In this document: positions 1 through 11,653 of the stretch, piece by piece
Layout of the letters: the number at the start of each line of letters is the position of its first letter
Numbering within the stretch: the stretch's first letter is position 1
Source of the DNA: a virus
Length of the DNA stretch: 64,000 nt
Strand: one strand, 5' to 3'
IMG/VR virus record: IMGVR_UViG_3300021376_000007
Notes under the pieces: generated by a model
Database searches by the model: none
Told to the model about the DNA's origin: nothing
The model's input: only the letters and a program-made list of their open reading frames with translations
Made by a program: the position numbers and the translations under genes

Positions 1-2
1 AG

Positions 3-800
3 TATGATAAAACGTATCAAGTACCCAGTTCTGGTCAGAACCAATACACTGATGCAAGTCCAATAGTTCCGTGGATTAAGGTGTATTTGAAGAAAAATAA
101 CGACACGTGGGTAGAAGTTTCTAGAAAAGAAATAAAAAGTTTTGATAAACATACTGGTTTAATAAAATTCAAAAAAGAAATAGTTCCACTTGAATCAAAA
201 GATATTCAAGTTAGCTACACAATTAAGACATCAAACATAATGATCCACCAAATAGACGGACAACTTCTTCCCATAAATCCATACAGTGCACCAAAGACAA
301 ACAGGCCGATATTTCTGTATATACTTCCATTAAAATGCGAACAAATGTCAGGGACAAATTCGTCAGTTATAAATGAGTTTGTTGCACAAGGAGCCATTCA
401 ATACACTAATGATTCTAACATTTTTAAAATCAGTTCTAATTCTTATAACCCACTTGCCTTACATATCGCTACTATATTGATAAATAATAAGTACGACTTC
501 AGTAATGTTAAAGTGGAAGATATGAGACTGAGGGGTGGCGGGCTGTCCAGCAAGGTTGATATTGGCAGAATATTTGAAGAAAATAAAGATATTGGTTCTT
601 ATGCAGATTTGTACACAGGAAAAGCATACCTTCATCCAAATGGTGGATATGTTGTAGTTCAAATTCCGAGAGAAGTAATGAACAATTTTTCTTCAAAGCA
701 AGAAGTTTACAATATAGTCCGCAATAATATAACAGCTGGCGTAAGCTTTGATATACAAGACCTGGATGGGATTGATTGGAGATCGATAGATAATGATTAA
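3..800 (+). CDS. C-terminal part of a large virion structural (tail/baseplate-region) protein; open from the window edge
   Basis: Frame is open from nt 3 (YDKTYQVPSSG...) to the stop at 800; first of a tightly overlapping block of large beta-rich ORFs. Confidence 0.6.
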   Translation, partial: YDKTYQVPSSGQNQYTDASPIVPWIKVYLKKNNDTWVEVSRKEIKSFDKHTGLIKFKKEIVPLESKDIQVSYTIKTSNIMIHQIDGQLLPINPYSAPKTNRPIFLYILPLKCEQMSGTNSSVINEFVAQGAIQYTNDSNIFKISSNSYNPLALHIATILINNKYDFSNVKVEDMRLRGGGLSSKVDIGRIFEENKDIGSYADLYTGKAYLHPNGGYVVVQIPREVMNNFSSKQEVYNIVRNNITAGVSFDIQDLDGIDWRSIDND

Positions 801-3457
801 TGACCTCGGCAATTATGTAATGTCTTTTGGCGGATCTTTTCGCAAAAGTATTTATTCTGTATTAAAACAATCTTTGTTGGAAAAAGAAGAATTAGGAAGA
901 TTGATTGAAAAAACTTCTTCTTTGACAAAAGCATCTGATTATATACCGGTATTTGTGTCTCCTTTGTCTGAATTTCAGAGAGAAGTTTTAGTTGATTTGT
1001 TTAGAGATCTTGAGTTAAGAGTCAAGTCTTTGTATACAATATCTTCTACCTTGTCGCTGTTAGCGTCTGGTATGGCAAATATTTTTGGTGGAGAGATTGA
1101 AAAAATAGAAAGAGATATTGAATATTTAAATTCCTATATCAATAATTACTCTTTTATATCGCGGAGAAGATGATTTATATAATATTAATTTTATAGAAAA
1201 TTTTGATAATGATCAAAATTATTATAAATATGATCAAGGATTTGATTTAACAATTACAGATAGAAATAATGTAAATTTTGCTGAAAGAGAAAAAAGTTAC
1301 GTAGATTCATTTACTGGTACTCTAAAATTTTCTCAAAATATAGAAGAACTTTTTGTTCCAATTTCTAAAAGCAATATAAAATCTATTTCTTATAAGACTA
1401 ATTTTTCTGATCATATTATATCAAGTGATACAGGAGTGGAAAACTCTATTACCGGAGACTCAAACAACTCTTGGAACCTAACAATCAAAAGTCCCTCTAT
1501 AATAAATGATTCAATATTTTCTAGGACAGAATATTATTCTTTTAAGAATTCTTCTACCACTTCGAGTGGAGCAGAGGTAGCAGTTCGTGTTGAATTATTT
1601 TCTCCCGTACGAGCCTCTCGCATAAGAATCTCCCCAAACGTTGGAAGCGGGCTTTCCCTAACTCAAGCGGTCTTACGTAGTGGTCAAGCCAATACCAACA
1701 ACGCGTCGTCTAATCAAAATAATTATGTTCCACTAATGACTGATGCCGTATTTTCAAATAAAAATATAGATATTAATTTTCCAGAACAAGAAATACAAGA
1801 ATTTATACTTTTCTTTAAGCAAAAAAAATATAAAAGAACAAAATTACCAGCACAACAATCTGAAATAAATTCTAAAATGATTAACTATATAGTTAAAAAA
1901 TTAAGAGCTGAAAGAAAACAAAAACATGACACACTTCAAGACTATGTTTTTAACTTTTTCTTAAAAGATTTTAATAGGGATTTTGTATTAAAAAATAAAA
2001 ATATTCATTCATACAATTATACAAAGTATTATCCAACGAAAAAAAACAAAGACCAGGTTACCATATTGAAAATGGATAAAAGAGAATCTAGACCTTCCGA
2101 CATAGACGACTACAATAGATTTAAAAACTTTGATGTTATTAACAATATTGTTTTTTCTGTAGTTTCTTTTAGTTTAGGATCAAAAGTTAGGTCTTTGAAT
2201 CCATCAACTTATGTGGATTCGACTTTAAGGTCTACAATTAAATCTGTTAATTCCTATTTGTCTGGTGGAATAATTCCAGTTGGCGACTCAAACAACTTTG
2301 ATAACAACGGACATTTTGTCGGCAATAATACGTTGTCGCCCAATAGAAGTGATGCAACTCAAATAATGAACAACATAGAGTCAAAAGATATGTATGAGTA
2401 TATGTTTTCCATAAAGAATATATCTGTTATGTCTACTCAGGCAATGCAAAATAATAGTCGTAGAGCTTTTTTCGTAAGCAAAAGATTGCCGTTAAACGCA
2501 AGACCAATGTCTGTCAAGGCTTTATGGAATACGGTTGATAACAATATTGGAACCAATTTAAGCAGCTATTTGGCCTCAACCTCTATTGAATTAAGTGTTA
2601 GTGTGAAGGAAAGTCCATCAAGCGAAAATGATTGGAAACCCATAATGCCTTATGATTCGAACCAAATTGATTCTGAACTATTAATTTTTGGATCAAATAA
2701 TACTGCGTCGCTAAGATTTCCGCCACTTACAGAATCTGTAACAATCTATAAAGATGGATTAATAATGCCAAGTAATCAGTTTGCTGTGTCTGGATCTACG
2801 GTAACATTGGCCTCAAGAGTAGCACAGGCTAACTCGATTTATGTGGCGCGCTATAGTCCATCAAATATATCTGCCGCTAAAGAAATTCAATTATTTTCTG
2901 CAAATTTGGCGAGTCCGGTTTTATCTATGGCCTCTTCAAATGGTCAGTCTGGAGAGTACTTTAATAAGGTAAATTATGATCTTTCTGCGCAGCTTTCTAA
3001 ATGTCCCTACATTGACCGATCCAAGTTGGTAGGGGGGAACTATAACTCTTATATGGGAACGATAACAAGCTCTAATACGTCTTTTGGTAATTACGATTAT
3101 TCTTCTTATTCTCCAGTGAAAGTTATTTTTGACGATAACACAACGGCCATTAACTTAACTAATTATCTCTTGAATGACAATAGTCTTCCTATTTTCCCCA
3201 ATGACACAAGTTCAATTTATTTTGTTCATTATGATAAAACAATTATTTTCAATAAAAACCCCACAAAATCATTTAGAGTTATGTATCAATATCTCCCAGA
3301 TATATTTAGATATAGGGTTATTCTAAGATCTCTTACTCCAACGATGGAAAATTCATCTTTAGATAGATTGATTTTTAAGTTTTCAGGATTTAAAGAAGAT
3401 TCTATGACAAATAAATTTATAAGATATGATAATATATTTAGAAAAACAAATTCTTAA
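793..3457 (+). CDS. Putative virion structural protein (~887 aa) joined through a +1 shift at in-frame CGGA 1162-1165
   Basis: ORF 793-1173 ends TCG CGG AGA AGA TGA; the +1 frame is open from 1166 (EDDLYNINFIENFD...) into ORF 1436-3457; N-terminal helical segment resembles those of neighbours 3467 and 5947. Confidence 0.75.
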
Positions 3458-3466
3458 GGATTAAAT

Positions 3467-5950
3467 ATGGCACAATTATCAACTGATTCTCTAGCCTACT
3501 CTCAAATAATAGCTATTATACAGAAGTTCGTTGACGGCTATGTTAGTAATCAAAATGTTACACCTAAAGAATTTGATGCGGCCTATGCGGAAATGCTGGC
3601 AATAATAAGGGCTATTGTTGGCTCTCCCCTAGCCGAACTTGATTTAATAAACACAGGTGATATACCGTCTTCTGCGAGATTTAATAAAATGGTGGCAGCT
3701 ATTGGCGCAGATGTCAATATCATAACAAATCAATTAGACTCTCTTACCGCAAATTACATAAATTCTTTTAATATTTTGAATCAAGAAATAGAATCAGAAA
3801 AATCTTCTGTTGCAAGAATAAGATCTAAAATAGCTGCACTAGAGATGTACTCTAGCAGTTCCTCCAATAATATATCATATTTAGGTGACTTGTTAAATAA
3901 TATGGATTTAATAGATGTATCTAAAACTAAGGGTATTAACGTGTGTGATGTTTCTGCTGGAGTTGCAACGTTGCCACTAAAAGGGAGATCAAAATGGAAT
4001 TCTCGCGTTGTTGTTTATAATCAAAATTATAATAACTTTAATTCAGATCAAAACACCAATCCGTTTGGAATTTCTAATGGCTTAGCTGGATGTAGCTTTT
4101 TGTTTTCTGAAGGTACATTAAACAATGTGCAAGATCCTTTTTTGTTTCAAAAAGATTCTTTAACAGTTAAAAATGATCCAACAAAAATGATAGACCAAAG
4201 CCCGGTGTCCTATTATGAATACGAAGCGATTAGTTTGGACAAAAATCAATCTTCAGTCACTAGACCCTCTTATGAGTTTAGGTATATAAGCGGTAATAAT
4301 GAAGTTGAATGGTCAAGCTTTGATCACACAAAGCCACTTAAACTAACAGTTGAACTTAACTCAGTAAAGTCATCTGGGGAAAAGGTTAACTATCTTTCAA
4401 TAATTCCATTTTTTGGCTATGACGAAGTTGGTTTAAATGCAAGAATTAAAAATATAAAAGTTACGTCTATTCAATTGTATAACACAGTAACCAATAGATT
4501 GTTCCAGGTTATTCAAGGAAATCCCGTGTATATTGGTGCAGATATATCCGGATCTACAATAGGCAACTATAATAATTACTCATACAATAAAGGAATTTTT
4601 AGATTTGAAGAAGTAACCGCAAATAAAATTTACATTACTTTTGAACAAGATTTATTTAATGATGTGTTAATTAAAAATATATATTGGGAGCCTTATGCTT
4701 CTGAAACATATTTAAACTCTACTCAAAATTCTCCTAAGTGGAGAAATCAAAGTAGATTTGCCCCAGAACAGGACATGCCACCTGGCTACGTGCAGGGCTC
4801 CTTAAGGTGGAACAAAAATTCAATAATTCCATCGATTGAAAGACCTAATTCAATTAAGTCTTTAACAGCCGATTCTGTTAGGGTAGATCTTTCTTATTCT
4901 GTAAATACACCTGTTCAGAATAATAGATTAAAGTTAACAAAAGCCACAGATGTTTTTTGTTTTTACGAAAGAAAACAAACCTTTATGGGTAAGGAATATT
5001 ATGTGTTTAGAAACGTACCATCCATAAATGTTACGACTGGAGTAGTCAACTCAATAAAATCGGAGATTACAGCCGATCCCACAAAATCACCATGTGTATT
5101 TTTGGCAGAAAATGAAACACTTAGCCTTAAAAAAGTAGACTTATCAACAATTGGTATTGATGCTGGAACTGCGGTCACTGGTGGCTATCAACACACGCTC
5201 ACTATTTCTTGTGCAGAGAACCATAATCTTGCAGCTGGAGATCGCATTTTTCTAAGTGGAACAATAAGATCAGCAACCGTTGAGTTTAACGAAATATACC
5301 AAGTTGCCACTGTGATCAATTCAACTTCTTTTACTGTTGTTGACATCAGTGCCAACCAAGTTGCAGCGGGAACAAGCCCTGCAGTAACAGTTGTCTGCAT
5401 GCCATTGTATGCATTGGCGTCAACAACAAATTTAACAATAGACACAATATCCATAACCGCTCCAAAAGTAGAAACAGAGCAAGTATTTTTAAAGAGAAAA
5501 TATGAAAAATTAAGAGCAAAAAGAGCCAGTATAGGCATTAGAGATATATTTGTCGGAAAAGAATTATTTTCTGATAAAGCAGAAATTATATCAAAACCAT
5601 TTTATGTAAAAGAAAATGTTGACCTTGTAAGCCTTGAGGTTGAAGATAGAGTGCCGGCGACAGATGATGATTCAACATCAATCGATTACTACATAAGTGT
5701 AGACGATGGCATTAAGTGGATACAAATATCGCCGATACAAAGAAACTTTGTGGGAGTGCCGGAGATAGTGGCCTTTAATCAAAACATACCGTCGTCAAGC
5801 ATGCTGCCACAAATAGCCTACTACAATTATCCCGAAGTGCCAAATCCGATTAAATCCATAAGATTCAGAGCCATTATGAAAAAAAGCAGAAGCGGCAATT
5901 TAAGTCCTGAGTTAAGTCAGTATAAATTGGGAGTAAGATTTAAACAATGA
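3467..5950 (+). CDS. Putative virion structural protein (827 aa), baseplate/tail-associated
   Basis: Long ORF with AAGGA RBS; helical N-terminus, beta-rich body, YYISVDDGIKW motif. Confidence 0.6.
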   Translation: MAQLSTDSLAYSQIIAIIQKFVDGYVSNQNVTPKEFDAAYAEMLAIIRAIVGSPLAELDLINTGDIPSSARFNKMVAAIGADVNIITNQLDSLTANYINSFNILNQEIESEKSSVARIRSKIAALEMYSSSSSNNISYLGDLLNNMDLIDVSKTKGINVCDVSAGVATLPLKGRSKWNSRVVVYNQNYNNFNSDQNTNPFGISNGLAGCSFLFSEGTLNNVQDPFLFQKDSLTVKNDPTKMIDQSPVSYYEYEAISLDKNQSSVTRPSYEFRYISGNNEVEWSSFDHTKPLKLTVELNSVKSSGEKVNYLSIIPFFGYDEVGLNARIKNIKVTSIQLYNTVTNRLFQVIQGNPVYIGADISGSTIGNYNNYSYNKGIFRFEEVTANKIYITFEQDLFNDVLIKNIYWEPYASETYLNSTQNSPKWRNQSRFAPEQDMPPGYVQGSLRWNKNSIIPSIERPNSIKSLTADSVRVDLSYSVNTPVQNNRLKLTKATDVFCFYERKQTFMGKEYYVFRNVPSINVTTGVVNSIKSEITADPTKSPCVFLAENETLSLKKVDLSTIGIDAGTAVTGGYQHTLTISCAENHNLAAGDRIFLSGTIRSATVEFNEIYQVATVINSTSFTVVDISANQVAAGTSPAVTVVCMPLYALASTTNLTIDTISITAPKVETEQVFLKRKYEKLRAKRASIGIRDIFVGKELFSDKAEIISKPFYVKENVDLVSLEVEDRVPATDDDSTSIDYYISVDDGIKWIQISPIQRNFVGVPEIVAFNQNIPSSSMLPQIAYYNYPEVPNPIKSIRFRAIMKKSRSGNLSPELSQYKLGVRFKQ

Positions 5951-8157
5951 GTATAGAAAACATACAAAAGAAAAGATTAATTGATATATTGTTTAAAATA
6001 TATCACGCAATTGGAGATAAACCAAGCTATAACGATATAGATGTTTTGTTTGGTCAGTATTTTTCTGTTAATAAACCAGGAAATCCTGTGATTGTTCCGT
6101 ACGGAGATCTCAACGCTTTTTCCAAAATAGATTACAACACATTGAATAAGATAATGGCGACCTTGATGTTTAATATAGATGTTATTTATGATTCTTACAG
6201 TGAAGATGTTGAAGCCCTTTATGCCATAATTTCAGCTTACAAGTTTAGATTAGAAAATTTAAGAAACACAAGAGCAGAAGTAGAAACAAAAGTAGATGAT
6301 TATTTATTTTCTCTCAATAATACAGATGGCTTTTATTACAGTGTAACAAACGCGTTCAACAATTTAGAATCAACTGACATAGACAATACCACTGCTGTTG
6401 TTGACACCGAAACTAGAAAAGTTACTCTTCCAAAAATTACATCCGGACTATTTGATTATGTTGGGAACATATTAAGCAGAGCCACTGCCGTAGAAGTTGC
6501 AGTGTTTTTTGATGGAGAAAGAGTAGATCTAAGGCAGGGGGTTGATTTTTCTAATGTTTTTAATGGATTAAACAATTCCAATTGGAATTATGTGGGGCAA
6601 GATCAAACAGTCGGTTATAAATCGAGTACAATCGGCAACTGCACACTTAGAATAAGCGTGCCGATAGATAGCATTGGGAATGTGGGCGTTTCAAACATAG
6701 AAGGTAGATTGATTTCAAGAAAACAGGTTGACACATCCGTAATTGTGAATGACAGAGAAAATGCGGACAACTCATTATTTTTTTCCAAAAAAGGTTCGTT
6801 AGACTACGATGTGTTTTCTTTCAATTTTGAGCCAAAAGTAACTAGCAAAATTGATATATTTTTTTCAAAAATAGAACCGGATCAAGTTTTAACAGACAAC
6901 TCTCAAAATAAATTATACGTATATGACTTTACAATTGATGAATTAGTTATATCTGCTCCCTATTATGATTCTTCAGCTACATACATAAGCAAACCTGTTC
7001 AGGTGGTGGATGGCAAAAATAAAAACATGATGGTGGATGCAGTTATGCTAGAGGCGCAGGAACAAATACCTGCCGGCTGTTCTGTGAGATATTACATAGC
7101 GCAAGACAATGCATCAGAATCTGACGTAAATCAACTAAACTGGACAGAGATAGCACCTTCAAGTAGATCTTCGTCAAATTCTGAAAATATTATTAGATTT
7201 AATGGGGCAACAATGAAGGCAATGGAAATTGTCGACAAAATAAATAATTCAATTATTCCAACATCAACAAACTTTATTAGGATTCCAAGAACAGCAGATT
7301 ACAGTAACCCAATTCAAAACTATTATTATCAATCTGATTACTCTAACTATGGATTTAATTTATATAGATTAGCTAAGTTTCCATCTGGTATTGAGCCAAT
7401 TTCTCCATATATTTTAGAAAATGTAAAGTCAAAACAAATAAAAGTTCAGCATGTTGCAGGGACAACATTATCATTTTCTGCCTGGCAGGAAATAACATCT
7501 GGATATAGAAAAGATGTTGTCGTCACAACGAGTGAATCTGACATAGGTTCTACTGACGTATTTTTTACTGGCAACAGCATCCCTGCAGGAAGTGTTTATT
7601 TGTCGACTAATGTATACGCACAAACAGACGCAACGTATACCAACAGATTTTTAAAAACTTCTGAAGCTCAATATTGGAATGTAGATATATATTTAAACGG
7701 AAGATTACTTACGACTGTAGAGTCGGGAGCAATGTTCGCCTCAATTACCTGGAACTTTAGGAGGGGCCAGAACTCAATAGATATTGTAATAAACAATTCT
7801 ACAACAGGAACAAGTGCCTCTAGTTTTCAGGGATCAATATCTTTGATGGAGGGCATGTCATTGTCTCAAGAAGTCGGTTTAATGCCTTTCCAAAATTATC
7901 TTTTCCAGGTCAAAATAGAGGATTTAAGAACAATGCATTCTAATCAAGATAATGTTTTTTCTGTTATAACTTGGGAAAATAATAAAGAAATAGTTTACAG
8001 AAGAGAAAAAGAAATTTCAAGCGGCAGTATAGTGTATTATCTTCAAAATTTAGATAATGGAGTTCTTGGATTAAGAGTTAGAATAGACTTATCAAGGGGT
8101 CAAACAGCTTACTCTAGTCCAGCCATTAATTCTTACAAGCTCAAATTAAGGCACTAG
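5947..8157 (+). CDS. Putative virion structural protein (736 aa)
   Basis: Overlaps the upstream stop; architecture similar to 3467-5950 (ISKP...YYI...W..I.P and terminal Y-K-L motifs). Confidence 0.6.
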   Translation: MSIENIQKKRLIDILFKIYHAIGDKPSYNDIDVLFGQYFSVNKPGNPVIVPYGDLNAFSKIDYNTLNKIMATLMFNIDVIYDSYSEDVEALYAIISAYKFRLENLRNTRAEVETKVDDYLFSLNNTDGFYYSVTNAFNNLESTDIDNTTAVVDTETRKVTLPKITSGLFDYVGNILSRATAVEVAVFFDGERVDLRQGVDFSNVFNGLNNSNWNYVGQDQTVGYKSSTIGNCTLRISVPIDSIGNVGVSNIEGRLISRKQVDTSVIVNDRENADNSLFFSKKGSLDYDVFSFNFEPKVTSKIDIFFSKIEPDQVLTDNSQNKLYVYDFTIDELVISAPYYDSSATYISKPVQVVDGKNKNMMVDAVMLEAQEQIPAGCSVRYYIAQDNASESDVNQLNWTEIAPSSRSSSNSENIIRFNGATMKAMEIVDKINNSIIPTSTNFIRIPRTADYSNPIQNYYYQSDYSNYGFNLYRLAKFPSGIEPISPYILENVKSKQIKVQHVAGTTLSFSAWQEITSGYRKDVVVTTSESDIGSTDVFFTGNSIPAGSVYLSTNVYAQTDATYTNRFLKTSEAQYWNVDIYLNGRLLTTVESGAMFASITWNFRRGQNSIDIVINNSTTGTSASSFQGSISLMEGMSLSQEVGLMPFQNYLFQVKIEDLRTMHSNQDNVFSVITWENNKEIVYRREKEISSGSIVYYLQNLDNGVLGLRVRIDLSRGQTAYSSPAINSYKLKLRH

Positions 8158-8163
8158 TATATC

Positions 8164-8601
8164 ATGGCAAAAAGTTATTCAGAACAAAACAAAAGAGAAA
8201 TCGTCTATGAGCCGAACATGTCTAGGCAGAGAATTCCATATTTGGGACCAATTCCTTCGCATGTATTAAACTTGTACTATGATCAATTCGTTGTGGACTG
8301 CGCCAAACTTGATAGTAAAGCAGAAGATTTATTATTTGAAATTAATCAACTGCATAAAAAGTATGCTTCAAACTACAGTTTGGCAACGCCAAACACCTTT
8401 GATGAAACCGATTTAGATGCAACTATATATTTTAATTATATAAATTTTGATAGAGATACTATGGATTATACTTTTGGTTCGTCAACTCCGTACTATTTAG
8501 ATGAAGTTTCTTTTAATACATACGCAATAAATTCGTCAAAACTTTCTCTAATACAAGAAAAAGTAAGAATAATTGAAGACCTAATAGCAAAGAAGGAATA
8601 A
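8164..8601 (+). CDS. Hypothetical structural-module protein
   Basis: 145-aa ORF; YLGPIPS motif similar to YHGPISS of the next gene. Confidence 0.55.
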   Translation: MAKSYSEQNKREIVYEPNMSRQRIPYLGPIPSHVLNLYYDQFVVDCAKLDSKAEDLLFEINQLHKKYASNYSLATPNTFDETDLDATIYFNYINFDRDTMDYTFGSSTPYYLDEVSFNTYAINSSKLSLIQEKVRIIEDLIAKKE

Positions 8602-8602
8602 A

Positions 8603-9868
8603 GTGTCAGAGTTTATATATACAGAAAAAAAACTACAGCAATACCATGGTCCAATATCCAGCACTGATTTTAATACAAGAATAGAGCAAAATTATTCCGA
8701 CTTGGTTTATCTATACAATAAATACGGTGTTTTGGATAAGAAAATGTCTGAAATAATAGAGAGAGTTATAAAAGAAAATTTGTTTTTATCAGCTGCAATT
8801 CAAGATTTGCTTGACAGAGTTAGGGCAATTGAAAGTCAAAATACGAACCAGATGTCTTTATATTCAAAGTCCCAAATTGACATGACGCCTTTTGTCAATA
8901 CGTCGTACGCCATACCGGCAAGCCTATCCCTAGAATATAATGAGTACTATAATCAGCTGACGCTTCCCGTTGTTTCTGGATCTTCATATTCTAAAATTAA
9001 GTTTATAAATCCAGTGCATGGCCAGGTCATACCTGATTTTTTGGAAACAAAAATAGATAATTCACTTTCTGGTGGGGACACAACTGGTGCGGTGATAGAT
9101 ACTACTCCAGTACAAAACGCGCTTCTTGATCAGCCAGATAAAATATGGAGAAGAAATGTAATATTGAATTCCCCAAATCCACTGGGCGTTAGTACTTATT
9201 TGTATTTAAAAATACCATCAGGCTCTGTGGGCAGCACTTTGTCAAACAATATTAGATTAACGCCTTTCCCAGCAAGTGGGGTCGATGTAGTAAAGGTGGA
9301 ATACACGACTAAATTAAATCCAACCATGACAGACAAAGATGTATACGTTCCTGTAAATCCTGGATTCTATGACGGACAATATGATGCGCTAGGGAAAGTG
9401 GCACCCGGGGGTTGGACAACATCAGGATCTGACATAATTCAAAATGCAGGACCACTTAATTTCCTTTTTGCTGAGGTGCCGATCACGGCAATAAGAATAT
9501 TGTTGAGACAAAAAAATTATATCGTAGAAAACAATCAGTATGTTTACACATATGGGTTATCAAATCTTGATGTCAGATATGAAAAATTTCTACCAACTGG
9601 TAAGACGTTTATCAAGTTTAATGCACCAAGCGGCAAAACAATCAACGAGATAACCAATGTCTCTATAAAAATATACAACATTTCCCAATCGCTAGTTTCT
9701 CAAGCTTCTAGCTATAGGGTTTTTTACCCCAATGGGTCTACCTATACCCCCAATTCAAACACCGGTGCATCAAGCTCAGTCTATATTGAGCTGACCCTTA
9801 ACATGCTGGACAATAAAATACCTTTAATTGCATCAGACATCATAGTTCAGGCCGATTATAACTTATAG
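8603..9868 (+). CDS. Putative virion structural protein (421 aa)
   Basis: GTG start after AAGGA; coiled-coil N-terminus then beta-rich domain. Confidence 0.55.
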   Translation: MSEFIYTEKKLQQYHGPISSTDFNTRIEQNYSDLVYLYNKYGVLDKKMSEIIERVIKENLFLSAAIQDLLDRVRAIESQNTNQMSLYSKSQIDMTPFVNTSYAIPASLSLEYNEYYNQLTLPVVSGSSYSKIKFINPVHGQVIPDFLETKIDNSLSGGDTTGAVIDTTPVQNALLDQPDKIWRRNVILNSPNPLGVSTYLYLKIPSGSVGSTLSNNIRLTPFPASGVDVVKVEYTTKLNPTMTDKDVYVPVNPGFYDGQYDALGKVAPGGWTTSGSDIIQNAGPLNFLFAEVPITAIRILLRQKNYIVENNQYVYTYGLSNLDVRYEKFLPTGKTFIKFNAPSGKTINEITNVSIKIYNISQSLVSQASSYRVFYPNGSTYTPNSNTGASSSVYIELTLNMLDNKIPLIASDIIVQADYNL

Positions 9869-9933
9869 TTTTCCTGCGAAAACCCTAAAATTGTTTTACT
9901 ATATTGACATAATATCTTTATAAGGAGAGAAAA

Positions 9934-10563
9934 ATGACTACTTTTTACGTTGGTCCAAGACCAGTTTTAAGAGGCGTAAACACCAACGATATGGTTAACC
10001 CATACTCTACAATGACAGGCAAGGCAAAGGGTACGGGAACATATTCTTTCTATCCGCTTTACAACACTAGTCATTTACTAGGCGGCTTTCCCGATAACGC
10101 ACATACCCCAGGGACAGGTTATCACCCCGGCGATGTGTTCATGTCACAATTGTTTAATGGCACTACGCTTTATGTTCATCCACTTTCTGGTACATTCCCA
10201 GATGGAACAGCCACATATGACGGAGCAAGGTTTCGCCCAATGGAGTACAAAGGACTTACTGCAGTAAGAGCCTTCCCATCGGGTTATGGTCACGAGGAAA
10301 GACAAAATGAATACAAGCACAGGGCCTATAGATTTGCTGGGCTAGCTTCAGCGCAGACCCTTACAAATGTTGGCCATACTTGGACAAGAACCGACTCATC
10401 CGGTGCTGCAAATTCATTTGGTTATTTTATACCCGAAGAACATAAAGGCACTGAAAGCTCTAAAGTTTTTACTTCGGGTTACGGCCAGGCAAATACAGCA
10501 GGAGATTATGGAAGATACAAAGTTCAAGAGTGGAAAGGCGTTGCCTCTTCAAAGGCTCTATAA
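9934..10563 (+). CDS. Gly/Thr/Tyr-rich putative virion protein
   Basis: Strong RBS (AAGGAGA); preceded by TTACTAT motif at 9896. Confidence 0.6.
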   Translation: MTTFYVGPRPVLRGVNTNDMVNPYSTMTGKAKGTGTYSFYPLYNTSHLLGGFPDNAHTPGTGYHPGDVFMSQLFNGTTLYVHPLSGTFPDGTATYDGARFRPMEYKGLTAVRAFPSGYGHEERQNEYKHRAYRFAGLASAQTLTNVGHTWTRTDSSGAANSFGYFIPEEHKGTESSKVFTSGYGQANTAGDYGRYKVQEWKGVASSKAL

Positions 10564-10831
10564 TTATTACTCTAGCCCCATAGTCCTAGACAAGGACGAG
10601 AGAACTTCTGGAATATATGGTTGGATGGCTCTAATGTCTATTGTGGTTGCATACGATGCTTACGCCATAAAAACAAAAAAAGCAGAAACATTAACTAGGT
10701 ATTTTTGGAGATCAACAGAAGACATTAAAAAAAGCATATTTCCAATAGCTTGTTGGACGTTAATTACAGCTCACCTTTTAATGGAGAAGCAGGTCAGAAG
10801 AAGAAAATTTATACAACAGAACTCACAATAA
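10541..10831 (+). CDS. Small membrane protein; start uncertain (TTG 10541 or ATG 10625)
   Basis: Two hydrophobic segments (GWMALMSIVVAY, IFPIACWTLITAHLL); followed by a terminator. Confidence 0.5.
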   Translation: MPLQRLYNYYSSPIVLDKDERTSGIYGWMALMSIVVAYDAYAIKTKKAETLTRYFWRSTEDIKKSIFPIACWTLITAHLLMEKQVRRRKFIQQNSQ

Positions 10832-10860
10832 GGTGATATAATCTATTGCATCATTTGATG

Positions 10861-10897
10861 GATTCCCGCTCCAGGAATGGGCGGGAATCTGTTTTTT
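10861..10897 (+). terminator. Rho-independent terminator
   Basis: GATTCCCGC / GCGGGAATC stem followed by a T-run. Confidence 0.75.
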
Positions 10898-10941
10898 AGA
10901 AGTAGTTTTATATCTTTTGATAAAGATAAAGAGGATTAATT

Positions 10942-11643
10942 ATGTCTATACAATCTGCAGAGGCAATGGTCTCGGAGGGGATTATGTCTTTTGATTTAGC
11001 AGAAAAGTATCTTAACATATATTTGGGTGAAGCGGATTGGAAAGAAAAAATTTCTCAGCTTTGGTCTGTCCAAAAGAAAAAGCTTGGAGACGAACAGAAG
11101 GCAAAAGAATTCGTAAAAAAGTCTGTAGCTTGTGCCTGCCTTTCTCCGATAATAAACAAATCTCCAATACCAGAAGAGAAGCACGTTTTGCTTTTTTGGG
11201 TTTCTGGGTGGCCACAATACAATGAACGAGATTGGTTTCAAACCCTAAGGGAAATTGTAAAAAAAGACTTAGAAATAGAAAATAATAGAAAAAAAATATT
11301 ATCATTAGGAATATTTGAGCAGATTGACATGTCTCCACTTACAAGACAGGCATATAATTGGCTATATGAAAAACTTAATAGGGAAAGTTTTTCCTCTGAA
11401 GAAAAAAAGAACGAAGCTGTAGAAAAGATAAAAAATTTAGTCAAGATATATGGTGGCGCAGTCATCTGTAATATATTCTCAAATTACAGTTTGAACACTG
11501 ACAGGGTGCTAAACTGGAGAAGCGGTTATTTTATAGAAAAAGAAATATACAAAGTTTATTCAGTTGATCAAGTTTTAAAGATTAAAAAAGCTGAAATATC
11601 AAAAACAAATCCAAAATATATTAAGACGTTAACAAATAAATAA
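10942..11643 (+). CDS. Hypothetical protein (233 aa)
   Basis: GAGGA RBS; extended -10-like TGATATAAT at ~10834. Confidence 0.7.
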   Translation: MSIQSAEAMVSEGIMSFDLAEKYLNIYLGEADWKEKISQLWSVQKKKLGDEQKAKEFVKKSVACACLSPIINKSPIPEEKHVLLFWVSGWPQYNERDWFQTLREIVKKDLEIENNRKKILSLGIFEQIDMSPLTRQAYNWLYEKLNRESFSSEEKKNEAVEKIKNLVKIYGGAVICNIFSNYSLNTDRVLNWRSGYFIEKEIYKVYSVDQVLKIKKAEISKTNPKYIKTLTNK

Positions 11644-11653
11644 GGAGAAATAG

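Noticed and set aside
5188-5538. Antisense ORFs (5188-5538 and many similar, e.g. 12907, 25084, 41921, 43601)
   Set aside because: They lie wholly opposite well-supported genes and have no RBS or motifs.
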